This document shows, piece after piece, positions 10,511 to 22,700 of a DNA stretch of 41,797 nt. The position numbers were made by a program, and so were the translations under genes. This stretch comes from Dirinaria sp. TL-2023a. Its lineage: Eukaryota. The stretch is taken from NCBI GenBank assembly GCA_051941275.1, contig JAVEBF010000038.1:1-41797 (forward strand), in the 5' to 3' direction. The notes under the pieces are model-generated. The model had not been told where the DNA came from. It saw only the letters and a list, made by a program, of their open reading frames with translations, and searched no databases. Position 1 is the first letter of the stretch; each line of letters starts with the position of its first letter.

Positions 10511-12712
10511 TCAAAGTTTGCTGGTTTCGTCTAGCGCGCCGCTCATGAACGGCCCTTTTTCGCTGACTATGGAGTCTTCAAGCACCATCTGCTTCCCACC
10601 TCTTGTGCCCCACCAAGCGGCACAGACCGCAGCGCGGTCAACGTCCATCTCCCCGTTGGTCATGACCTCCCAGAGCCGGTGTCTGCAAGATTGCAGCATG
10701 CTATCATTTTGGACAGATTGAAGCGACTGGGCCACGATGGGTAGCCAGTCTACCAACTCAGGAGGCGGCAGGTACGGCAATGAGTCAACGAGCGCCAATA
10801 TCAGGATGGCTCTTTCTGATAGCACTACCTGCTCGTTTCCATGTGGCTTTGACTCATCGAGAATATTGGCTTGCGGTAGAGGCTGCGTAGGTGCAGCTGC
10901 TAGGCGAGAATACACCAACTCCAGGAGGGTTGAAGGCAGCAGAGGTTGAACCTCTGAGATGGGAGAAGGTGGCGCGGTGATCCTGACTAGTGTTTTCACA
11001 GCCATACGGAATTGCCTTGCTGAGATGTTCTGTGGAAAAGCCTGCGTGGTGTAAGTGTCAGCATTGCTGGGCATACAAAGAAAAAAAGGGTGCGGAACCA
11101 ACTTTGAAAAGTACGTCATAGTAGGCGTTGATGTGCCTGATAGTGATCTCCGTGTTCATTGGAGCTGCGAACACTGCAAGCATCACGCTGTGCGCTGCCT
11201 CAAAGTTTTCCAGCAACCTCCGGTCCTTATCAAGACCCAAATACGGCATGGCAGCCGTGACCAACAAATCCTCACATAGTCGAGGGTTGAGCACCAATGC
11301 AAAGTGCTCTGAAGTGTTCAGAAAGAAGAGGTCGTGGCATCTATCTAACGGATGCTGCGGAATAATACCAATCTCTGAAGGTTTGATGTCTTGGAGAAAT
11401 GCTTCAACCTGGACAGGCGAGTTTGACAAGATATCAATCGCTGTCAGATAGACAAAAGTATATTCTGAAAAAGAGCTGGCGCCTGCGCGAGAGGAAATAA
11501 AGTAGAAATTTCGGAGGATATGCAGTATTTGCACGGCTACAAAAGGCGCTGTGGATGTCAACATGCGAATAAGCCATGAGTTGGGTGAACTACCTGTATC
11601 CATAGGTAGCCTTACGTCGCCAAGTACTCGACCTAAAACAGATCTCAGGATCATGATAGTTGCAAACATGCTCGACTTCAGTACACGCCAAAGCAACGGC
11701 AGTGTGGTCTTCAGAGCATTCTCTGTCAGATAGACTAGTTCTTCAGAAATATCAATCTCAGACAGCTTGTTCTGCCGCCACTGGACACAAAGAGACCGAG
11801 CGAAGTGGGACAGATCTCCAACGAGGGTCACTACAGCAGCGGGATCTTGGGCGTTTTCTGCCGCAAAAGCTATCAAGCGCGATAAAGAACCTAAAGAAGA
11901 AAATAAGGGCCCAGTTGACATCCGCTTAGTCTGGACATAGGTGGATGATCCAGCCGCCCAATCGAACTTCCCTTGAATTGCTTCGATCACATCAGCATCT
12001 ATGTTGCTTAGAAAGTACCCGAAATGTAGGCCATCCTTGTCAAAAAGCGGCGGCTGATAAAGTATTGGTAGAAGAGAGTTATGATCAAGGCTCAGCCGCT
12101 CAGTGTCGTTGAGCAGCTCGAAGACATGGCTAAGAACTACCGCTATGCTTTTAGCTGCTAGGTTATCTGAAGCTTCGCCTTGCTGTAGCGCAAGATTGGT
12201 CGCTGTGACTGTGGCATTTTCGAGAACTCGCCGTAGCTGGTCTGACAAAGCGTGTCCGTCATGCTTTGAGAAGCCAAGTAGTAATCCGCCAAAGACTAGC
12301 AGATGTCTCCACCGCGGAGAACGCTCGTCCGCACCCTTGATTACGGCAGTAACCCATTTTTCCGCAGTAAGATCAGTAATTGCAGGACTTTCTAACGCTG
12401 GGCGCGACGCCTTTCCTGAAAGCAAATGAACACTGGCCGAATTGAAGATACTCAGAATTTGGATGGTAGTCTCCACACCGTTAGGGTTACGCCATAATGC
12501 TGGAGCGGACAGTAACTGTGCGGTGAGAAGTGTTATGTTGAGATGATTCGACAAGAGCGTCAGCAACGTCGTCGCTGATCCCAATAATCTGTGTCTTGTC
12601 AGTACTGCATTACTGTCAGTAGAGTGATATAATTGTACCTTGGGACATCTTGCTCGTTGGATTCGATCTGCAAGGCGCGTATCAGGGTTGTCAAAGACCT
12701 GTTGGTAGCCAT
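10511..12712 (-). CDS. PEX8: Peroxin 8 (peroxisomal matrix import factor)
   Basis: ATG 12712 (MATNRSLTTLIRALQ), introns 12638-12589, 11593-11549 (in-frame, predicted) and 11102-11042. Motifs LSNHLNITLLTAQLLSAPALW and WRQNKLSEID; the C-terminus ends in the PTS1 SKL*. Confidence 0.85.
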
Positions 12713-13037
12713 GGACTGAACACCCCCTCACAACTCTACGTACACTCCCTCCACTCGCTGTACAACGTGTGCCACGTGATAGAACTCCGGTGTCAAAGAA
12801 ATTTCAATATTTGAATCCGAAACGTGCAGTACTCAAGGACGAAATTCCGCCAAGAGCTGATCTTGCCGAGGTCCATCTCAAATTTTAGTGGGAACTTGAC
12901 AGGCTTGGCGTTACTCGAAGTCAACGAAGGATCGAGCACTACAGTACCTTAGCCAGATTTGCCTGCTGGCTCTAAAAGATGCAGTGAAAGATACAGTAGT
13001 AATTGTTAACTTCAAGGATTTTATGAGTTCATAGAGT

Positions 13038-13522
13038 ATGCATGGAAATACCACCCAACGGGCGCCCGATGCTTACACCACGCCTCCGTTTCCTTCTCTG
13101 TATTGGTTCATTTCGGACAAAGTGGACAATGCGCAGTATCTATACCATCAGGGAGACATCTGGCGCTTCACCCTATACTGGACGATCATTATCTACGAGA
13201 GCTTTCACATCGCCGCAAGTGGATACGCAGTCATTGTGCAATGGTACAACTGGAAGTTCATGTGGGTTGTACCAGTGGTGTACATGATCATTGCTGGCGT
13301 TGAAGCCGTCCTGGCGGGCACCGTTGTGGGCCTGATGTATGTGCAGTCCTTTCATTGACTTTTTCTAGGCTCTGTTAGTGTTACTAACATCTTGGGACCA
13401 GACTTGGCGCAGTATACAATTCTGGTGAATTTAAAATGTCCACATGGATTCCGTTCATTTGGGCCTTGATAAATGTCTTGGTCCTTATTGTATCTTCATT
13501 TTCTATTCAAGGGGGATTGTGA
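13038..13522 (+). CDS. Small integral membrane protein, TMEM170 family
   Basis: PPFPSLYW..YLYHQGDIWRFTLYWT. Intron 13337-13401 (GTATGT..CTAAC..CAG), then LGAVYNSGEFKMSTWIPFIWALINVLVLIVSSFSIQGGL*. Start codon uncertain. Confidence 0.8.
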
Positions 13523-15921
13523 AAGTTCTTACACTGCCGCTCTATTATTCGAATCCTTAAGATCACTACAGTGAGACAAGCTGACAATACGTTGTCTGCC
13601 TTCTGGTGCCTTGAAGATGTCTTATTGACAATGTCAGGTCTATTGTCAACTGGCCCGGCAGATAATGGCTCGCTGGTCCGTTTTCCGCCTATTGTGTCCA
13701 GTCAAAACCCCTCTCCTGCGAAGGAGCGTGCATTGGGAGCCATGGTTCGAGGCTTCTACTAATTTCTGGAATACAGGTGACCCGTGCAGCGGTGGAATGT
13801 GTGTTGCGAAGGATCTATCGTACAAAAGATCAAGTAAGTTGTCGCCGGTAATTAAGGTTTCTTCATCGAGTAAGAATTTCAATGGCAGTCACTTAGAGCT
13901 ACTAAGCTTCTTTTGAATCATACTCCTACTTCATTTCATATTTAAAGAAGTTGACCAACGATGACGACTAGAGCAGCGTTAGCTCAATGCAGTCAGTGAT
14001 TCAAAGACCTTTACAAACTGACGACGTTCGACAGTTAAGCCTGCGGGTAAGACAAGGTCGTAGCTACGATGAGACATCCTAATGAAGGATACATGGCACT
14101 TCTGCGCTTCCAGAAGAATATAGCTGTGAATTTCGCACGAAGAGGAAATGCTAGATCGGCTTTAACACGCAGTTCTGCGTTCTACGTTTTATCAAAGCCG
14201 TTGATGGAGTAGGGTTTCTTGAAATTCATACATTTTCGATCCCTTTGCTTATACTGGTTCCGAAACTATAAATTTCTGGTGTATTGGAGAGGCTTTAGCA
14301 ACAGTCCGAGGAACGCTCTGTTGCCGAAGAAATATTGTACCAATTAAGACTATCATTCAACTTGGTACTCTGAGACGATTTCGGATGAGGATGCCCATAT
14401 CAGCGTATAGCCTGAGGGAGCATTTAGTATGAGTTGAAGGGTATGTGAAATCAGTTTTGACAGCCTTGGCTTTAAGCTCAGATGCTATGACCTGCTGAGC
14501 AACCAGGCTACTCAGCGATCTCCTTTAAGGGGCGAAGGTCGGCTCAAAGATCAATTACTATGTCGTAAAGATAAGAAGACTTCCAGGCGTATACAAGATA
14601 GGAATCTATATAACGACGTAACTAACCATATTCCTACCGAGAATCAATCCATACACTACCCGGTTGAAGAAGGTCAAAGGAGAAAAAAACCTGAAGCAGA
14701 GGAACCAAGGATGATGCTAGTGCTACCGTTATGCACTCGGATGAGTTACTCGGGGAGGTAGCTCGTCAACTGCAAACCTTCGAACGAAGTGCAGATTGAA
14801 GAAAAAGTGCTGGTTTGATCAAAGAGAACAATGCCCTCCAAAAAGTTTCGGCGTTCACTTCGCTTTCTCCTGTTGTTTTGACGAGTAGGTCTACTGATCT
14901 ACCTAGCACTGTCAATTTGTGTGGATATTCAGAAAATGAGATAAGTCCAATCGCCAATTTACAACGGTGCTTTTAAGCTTGCACATTTGATACCGGCACA
15001 TTGAACATCCTTGCGAGCTCACTTTGAGCCAGTACACTCCACACAGTCCGTTATACAAGCCAAATCGCCAAGGCTGTCACTAAATGGTATCGACGATGGC
15101 GCATCGTCTCTTTCAGCGTGGAGACGTCGACGGTGACTACATTTTGAAATGCGTGGAACTTCAGTAGTGAGGACTCACCATGGAGCTGACGGATTTGCCT
15201 AGGAAAGATATGTTGGACACGTACAATTTGCTTTTGAAAGGGCGATCCGCATTCCATGCTCCAGAGCCTCAACGTGTAGTAGTTCATTATTCATACCACC
15301 ATACGTTTTAATATTCTAAAAGAATGCCTTCAATACCCCCCACTACTATGCAGCGCGTATGCTAGGGCGCTAACACTTATCTTCTTCAATCTCGTTACAA
15401 AGATACCTACGCGGCAGTAAGCCCCGACTTGACTAAGGTAGAGAAGAGCTTCTAGATTTCGAAGAGTAGACAGCGTCTAGCGTCTGTAGACAACATAAGA
15501 TCGCTCTCTGAAGGAATTGGTCATAAGAAGTCTCGTTGCATAGGCTCTCCTTAACCAGGGGGGTTTTTTTTTGGCAACCACCACACCTTCGTTATGTGGA
15601 ATCTGTACTCCCAGGCCACTTACTCGCTCTAAATCGAGAGTGTAACCACCAAAGTCTTGGCATTATGCTAGATCAGCAAAAAATGTCATACTTTTTAGAT
15701 TTATCTCGATTAACCTGGCGGTGTATTGGTTGATGTTTGTGATGGGTTGTCGAAGTGACGATGATTTTTCGTTGAGAAACTACTTAGGTAGTCCACCCTG
15801 ATCTCGCCAACATGTTTCCGTTTGAGGTACTAGGATTCCGCCGGGTTTATGTCGGTGTTTGCGTGTGTTTGCGCTTCATAGACTGCTTTGGGTCTTTTTC
15901 GTCCTGCTTGCTGGTATAGCA

Positions 15922-15973
15922 ATCACGTGGTGACACATCACGTGTCTATATGTATCTGGGTTATGCCTATAAA
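15922..15973. promoter_or_regulatory. Twin ATCACGTG E-boxes followed by TATAAA
   Basis: ATCACGTG at 15922-15929 and 15937-15944; TATAAA at 15968-15973. Confidence 0.4.
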
Positions 15974-16393
15974 GGGTTTCCCTTTCCTCAGGGGCCATCA
16001 AATCAGTAATATATCTCATAACCCGATACTCCTCATAATGCGACTCTTTCTAGAGAAGGTTTACTGTAGCAAGTTCAATTGCCATGAAAACGTTGTTTCA
16101 CACGACCGTTGATCCTTGGCACGGCTACAAAGGACAAAGGTCTACCCTAAGGGACTAAAAGCACGTTATCGAGTACACTAGCAGCAACGTTACATTAGTG
16201 GCCGGGAGCTTCGCATTCGCAGTCTAAAGTAGGCCTCGCTTCCACTATGTACATGATGCGGGTTTGAATTGCGTAATTATGAGTTGCGATAGTCCGTGTA
16301 CAATCTGTGCATACATGGACTTGACCTGGCATCCGAGGGGTTTCCGGTGAGCAAAGGCTCAGGATTGTTTCACATGCAAGGAGGACAACCCTG

Positions 16394-16403
16394 AGCCAAT
16401 CAG
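16394..16403 (+). promoter_or_regulatory. CCAAT box upstream of the USP gene
   Basis: AGCCAATCAG matches the extended CCAAT-binding-complex consensus and precedes a pyrimidine-rich leader. Confidence 0.35.
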
Positions 16404-16703
16404 CGTTCAGCCATCAAAGCTTCAGTCGGCTCGCTTCACTAGCGTGTTCTGCCTAGAAGTAGATCCTTGTCCACCCCTGTCGTCATATTTGCCCTTCACA
16501 TCAACCTGAGCCTTACTGCACTTTTGCTCACCCAACACTCAGCATTATTCCCTGTATCCAACCAAGCTTCCTCATCAACAACGTCCAAATTTGATTTGGT
16601 TGACCGTGTATGGCAATCGTGCTCCTTGCTGCAACACCTCCCCATTCATGCCACTTTCTTCAGTCCGCCTCTGCTGCTGGCGTTCGGATTGGGTGATCAT
16701 GTC

Positions 16704-19700
16704 ATGGAAGTAGACTCACTGGGCGCACCTTCTACGCCCGTCCGATCAACTTCTGCCGCGCAAACTCCGCCGCGTCGCAGCTCTATGGACGACTCCGATC
16801 CCTCGCTCACCAGGAAACGTCCGAGGCTTGACAGTGGCGAAGGAACACACAGAAGCATGTCCGCTGACGAATTAGCTGATACCTCAACACGGAATGGCTT
16901 ACGTCCCATTTCATCGGCGCCGAAATGGAACGCCGACACACGCAATGGCGATCTCGCTGAGAATGTGTTGCCTTCTGTCTCTGGTACGCCTAGTAAGGTT
17001 ACCATCAACGTCCGAGAACCTCTCCCCGGTAGCTCACCGCCGGCCCCGGTCATGCCTCGCACGGACATCGATGCAATTCAACGCAAACCTGACTCTTCCC
17101 ACGACACTGATAGTGGACCCCTGGCCGCGGTAGATCCTTCATCGCCTGATATTATCTCCGTGTCCTCTTCGGCGTCTCGGAGCCCAGAGATAGAAGTCGC
17201 TGAAGTAGAGGACATGAATGACGAGCCAGGTAACACGAGGTGGAGGAGCTTGGGAGACCCGACGAAATTGCAGCGTAACCTCTTGCAAGAGTTCCCATAT
17301 GCGACTCCTGGGCGTCCAGTACACCGGACTGTGGAAGCAATTGCCAGTGCCCTCGAGAAAGGTAGGCAATAGGAATTATCCAATGGCGAAGAGTTCTTAC
17401 TGCTAACGCTCTGAAGATGATTTCCCTGCCGGTGAAAGACCGTTCAAGTTGCTCGCGAATTGGATTAACAATTATCTCGCGCTTACTGAGTCAGACTCAG
17501 CTTGGTGGTGGCACCTGTATGCCGATCAGCAAGAATTCTGGGACTTTATACCTCGCATTCTCAGTGGAATCACTAAGTATAGGTAATTCTCGATATATTC
17601 GTGTTGGCGCAGGGAGCTGATCACGAATAGCGAAAATGGGAGACACGGAGCCGCCTTATGGAGGACTTTGAGATTAGACGACGACACGGCGAGTCGCCAG
17701 GATCTTGAAAAGTTCCTCGTCGCTTTCTCTGCACTTACTGCGCGAATGGTACACATCGACTACCAAACACTAGATGACTTGGGACCAGCAACAAACATTG
17801 TGGTTGATCTTATATCGGACTCCTATCTTCAATGCCTGACTATAATGTGCTACCCGCATGGATCGCCGTTTTGGTCCGCTCTCCAACATACCCACGCATT
17901 CGACCATCGTGCGATAATCACGGCAATCATAGTGCGCTACATGTCACCCCCTTCTAGCGGCTTTGAGCATATGACGCACATGTTGACAGCGCTTCTGTCT
18001 CGCTCGCCCGACATACCGACCCTCCTTCCTAAGCTTTGGGTGCCATTTCATGCTGTAACTCGCATGATGCAACACTACAACTTATTGCAAGAGAAAGACC
18101 CCACAGGTTCCAGAATGCTCTTGGAAGCTTTACATCAGCTGCCCTCGCAGGCCTATGGATTGTTTCGAGCCATTGATGCTATTTATCAGCAGATGATCAC
18201 TAAGCAGACGCCTATTCTCACGCTCCAGCTTAATGAGAGTCTTTTAGGGCAACTTTCGAACTTATTATCTGCTGTCGCTAAAGCAGATCAGAGATTCATG
18301 GATCTAATATGCGAGGATTATCCAGGAATAAGCGATGAATTACGGACTCGCTTCGGTCCTGCGCCAGCGGAGTTAACATGGAAATTCCTTGCCTATCGAA
18401 AATGCCTTGTAGAAGGCCGCATGGAACTAAGGGTGCAGGGTGTGGAGCATATGCAGAAAGAATTGGTCTCAATTTATGAGCGATTCATGAATAAGGACCC
18501 CAGCCAGAGCTCTCATCCAGTTGCGCAATACGTTGCGGATCTCATGCTTGCCAACCGGGTTGTTGAGTACCTGGTAGGCGTCGACTCCCATCCTCAATTG
18601 ATCACTCGTTCTGGCAACATCGTTGGCTTTCTCGTCATCACTCGCCGATACCGCGACGCCGAGACCGACGCCATATGGCGAGCAGTAGCGTCGAGTCAGG
18701 ATCCTCGCACAGCAGATGCCATAATTGGTATGCTCCACAACTTTGTTGGACTTAGCGACTACTCTTCGTTACTATATCTGACCACAAAACTTGACGAGCT
18801 ACCGCTGCAAGCATTTGATGGTAGCATGATTAGCTATGTTGCATATCTACTGCAAAACCTTAGGGCGCAGTGGCAAAAGTCACGTTCTGAAGACAAAATG
18901 GATATGCCCCCGTATCAAATGTGCATCAGGCTCATCCAGCGTTCTTCTGCCGATGACACTTTGGGATTCCAGAAGAAGAGAGCACTCAACAATGCTGCAG
19001 TCCAGGAGCTACTGCAGCTACTGCAGTTGGGTCCCTCCGAATCTGATAAGGAAGCCATATTCGATAAGTGTATTGCAGACATTAGGGCTCGAAATCGATC
19101 TGCGACAGGTAGTTACTGTGCCATCAACGCACTACTCAGCCAACAGCCTGAGGAAGTTATCCGCTTTTTGGCAGAGAATTACGATTTACCCAATCTCGCT
19201 ATTGAAGAGCTTAGTTCCTTGGTGGACAGTGACAGCGTCCGAACATCATCAAATGAAGTCATTGATGAGCATTTCGATCCTCGGTTGAAATTACTTGAAA
19301 CGATCGTAAGGTATGTTCCTGACGGCATTCGAAGGGAGAACGGACAGCGGCTGTGGGACACCATGTTAGGCAAGTATTCCGGTCAGCATCGTATCGTGAG
19401 AGACAAAGCCTGGCTCGTACTTGTTAGCGTCATCAAGTCTTGCACTACAAGTAACTCCTTCATCGACAAATGTATCTCAACTTATTTGCCGGATTTGGAC
19501 CCGGCACTGTTCGCAACCGAGCATGCTCTGGCGTTTGCGGAGCAGGTTATCAATTACGAGTCGAGGGTTGCTCCGCCAGTACAAGATCCTTCGACAGCGT
19601 CTAGGCCGCCATCAGGCGTGACCCTCTTGTGGCATATGGCTTCAACGGTTCCTGCGGGCAGCATTGAGCTTGGGGCCATACTCAAGCTCGTTGCTTTCTA

Positions 19701-22700
19701 CTTAGATTCGCCAGGTGCCAAACATTCGCCCCGCGCTGCATTGGAATCGGTCTATGTGGAGGTAGTCCATCGATGTATTGTTCAACTTACGTCTGCAGCA
19801 ACAAGACTACAAGCCTCGACCGATGGCACTTCAAGCGGCGAGGATGAACCGATGATTATCGTCATTCCCGAGAATGAATTTCGCGCACAAAAATTATCCT
19901 TCAGCCGATCTCTGTTAATTCTCAAAGAGTTTGTGAAAGGTGCTCGGTCTCGACCTACATACAGTCCGCCGCGTCAAGCGGCCCCGGAGCTGCCACTGTC
20001 TGCACATGATCTTGTCGGGTCTCCTTTGCGCATAAGATACCAGGCTTTCAGTGGAGGCAACAACACCGGTATCCATTCTTTCGAGGTTGGGGATTTGGAG
20101 ACACTTGCCGACCTTCGCCAACGAGTCACGAAACTGACAGGGTTTCCAAAGTTCACAATCATTGCAGGCGGACAAAAAGTGAACCTGGAACAAGACGCCA
20201 AGAAATCACTCCACGAAGCCCAGATAGACCGGAAGGGGTTGCTGATCATTAAACAATCTCTGGATGACAATATGTCGTCTGAAGTCGTCCCGGCTTCTGA
20301 GCTTATGCCATTACAGGGCGAGATCATGAAACACTTCCACAAATTGCACCAGCTTCTGGCTATGGAAAATGAACTTGCAAAAGAAGTACAAGACTTCCCT
20401 CCCCATAAATTTGAATTGTGGGTTAATAGTCTTAGGTATATGACTTTCTGACGACTTTCCCACCTCACGAGAGCATCAGCGCTCTTGTGTGCGCTAAGAA
20501 AGCGCCCGTCGAAGAGATATTTCCAAAAGAGTCCCCTTTCAAGATACTCTATGCGGCACATGCTCTGAAAAGTTGTTTGACTCGTCAACTACAAAATGTG
20601 CATTTCCGAGTGTCCAATCTTTGGCAGAATGATCCTAACAGCCTACAGGGTAGCATCAGCCATCAGTTCATCAGCCAAGGCACTCGACTTCTGACCGAGG
20701 TTTGGACCACCTTCGACATTTTTGGAAAATCGCTGCATGATGATGTAGATACCATGACAGCTGCAGGCTTAGTGGATTGCATGCTGGGCTTTTTCAGGGG
20801 TTAGTGCTGAGCGAATTTTGTGCTGAAACCCTCTCTAATCATTGATCTCAGAGCCGACATCGCCTGAGCTAGCGAAGGAGTATGTCGAGGATGTGCCAAC
20901 ATTTGTTGATCGCCTTGTGTCCCATTTACTTGCCGCACAAACATTTGAGCATAGCGGATTTGCCCGCAGCCTTCTTCAAAATTGTTTCGCTGTATTGCTG
21001 GAAGCTTCCCTACACTGCCGCAGCGTGTGGCAGCATTTCAGAACCGATTGCTATTGTTACACCGTTTTAGAACGACTTCTCCTGGAAGACACGCGACTAG
21101 ATGTAAGGCATGGCGCTTCAGATCGACTCAAAGGCATATGCTCGGCTCTCCCAACGTGAGGATGTTGCGGCCCTCCTTTGCCGTCACCAAGCTGACGTAT
21201 CGGTAGACTCATAACGTCAACTTCTACGGAACTCCTTCCCGTCTTCTGGCAGAGCATACAGAGAATGATACCACGGACTCTCGAATGTGCTGAGTTCTCG
21301 CAACAGTTTTTTGATATCGCGCTTGTCATTTTCCACTCCTTGGACCACATGCACCGCGACAATCTGGAATTGCAGACGTACGCCCAGGAATGGAGTCAAC
21401 TCTTATTTGCACACGAGCATACTGAGGTTTGCGCAATAACCAATTGGCAAAGCATTGGTGCTGACTGGCGGACAGGTACTTGGTCTCGATGAGGTAGATT
21501 GGGTCGCACTCGGAATCTCGAGTCTGCTTCAATCGTGCATTCAATTAGCGAAATCGTTTAAAAAGCCAATGCACATTGAGTAATTTCCCTTCTCCCAATT
21601 GTTAGCTCGAGAGCTAATAGTCTGCAGTCAGAGCATGATAGAGAGGATATTCCATCATTCCCTTTTTCCCCCAATCTCCTCTGCGCTCGAGGATCAGCCA
21701 ATACGTCCACATCTACCTGTTGTCCATTCTTCTACAAGGCACAACCTGTACTCTGTCATTCTCGCTTTAAGCAGCAACATGGCCGGTTACCAGAAATCAC
21801 TCGAATTGGTGAAAGATCTACCACCCGAAGGTGAGGATTCACAGGCTTGGTCATGGGGTATCGCTCAAGTATCAGAAGACTATCACTACGAGGCAAATTG
21901 GAATCTTGAGAGATCTAAGCTCGTTCGATCAAGTACTGGATACGCAGGCATGAAGAACCTTTCCAACACCTGTTACTTGAATTCGCTTCTTACACAGCTT
22001 TTTATGAACATCGGTTTTCGCAGCTTCATGTTGAATGCAAGTTTAGCCGATAGCGAAGGGACGCAGAGATTACTTGCAGAGACGAAAGGATTGTTCGCCC
22101 ACATGCAAGAAACGTTCCTCAAATCAGTGGATCCACAGGGCATTGCCGATTCTATCGTTACATACGATAATTCACCGATCGATGTCTCTATCCAGATGGA
22201 TGTAGATGAATTCTATAACCTACTTTTTGATAGGTGGGAGAGCCAGATATTGTCGGACGCCGACAAGAAGAGATTCCGAAGCTTTTACGGAGGCCAGATC
22301 GTGCAACAAATCAAATCCAAAGAATGCCCGCATATCTCTGAAAGGATCGAGCCGTTCTCTGCAATACAGTGTGATATCCATGGGAAGCGGTCATTAACAG
22401 AAAGTCTCGATGCCTATGTGGGTGGGGAGGTCATGGAAGGCGGTATGGTGTTCTTGAGATCACCGAAAATATCTCACTAATATTTGATAAGATAACAAGT
22501 ACTCTTGCACTTCCTGCGCAAGCTATGTTGATGCCGAGAAACGGTGAGCCGCGATCTCTAAAGTATATTACAAAGCTAACCTTATGCAGGGCTTGTCTCA
22601 AGGATATCCCTGACAACCTGATTTTCCACCTCAAACGATTCGATTACGACGTGATGAGCGGTCTAAGGAGCAAGATCAACGAAAAATTCGAATTCCCCAA

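Noticed and set aside
9995..10514. Two minus-strand ORFs following PEX8, one overlapping its stop
   Set aside because: PEX8 ends cleanly in SKL*. The ORFs have no recognisable domain and there is no evidence of readthrough.
13581..13649. TGACAAT repeats and an 8-bp inverted repeat (TTGACAAT..ATTGTCAA) as a MITE end
   Set aside because: Too short, with no partner terminal repeat or target-site duplication found.
16467..16703. 79-codon in-frame extension upstream of the USP ATG
   Set aside because: It starts at TTG in a pyrimidine-rich leader that naturally lacks stops, and the peptide has no features.
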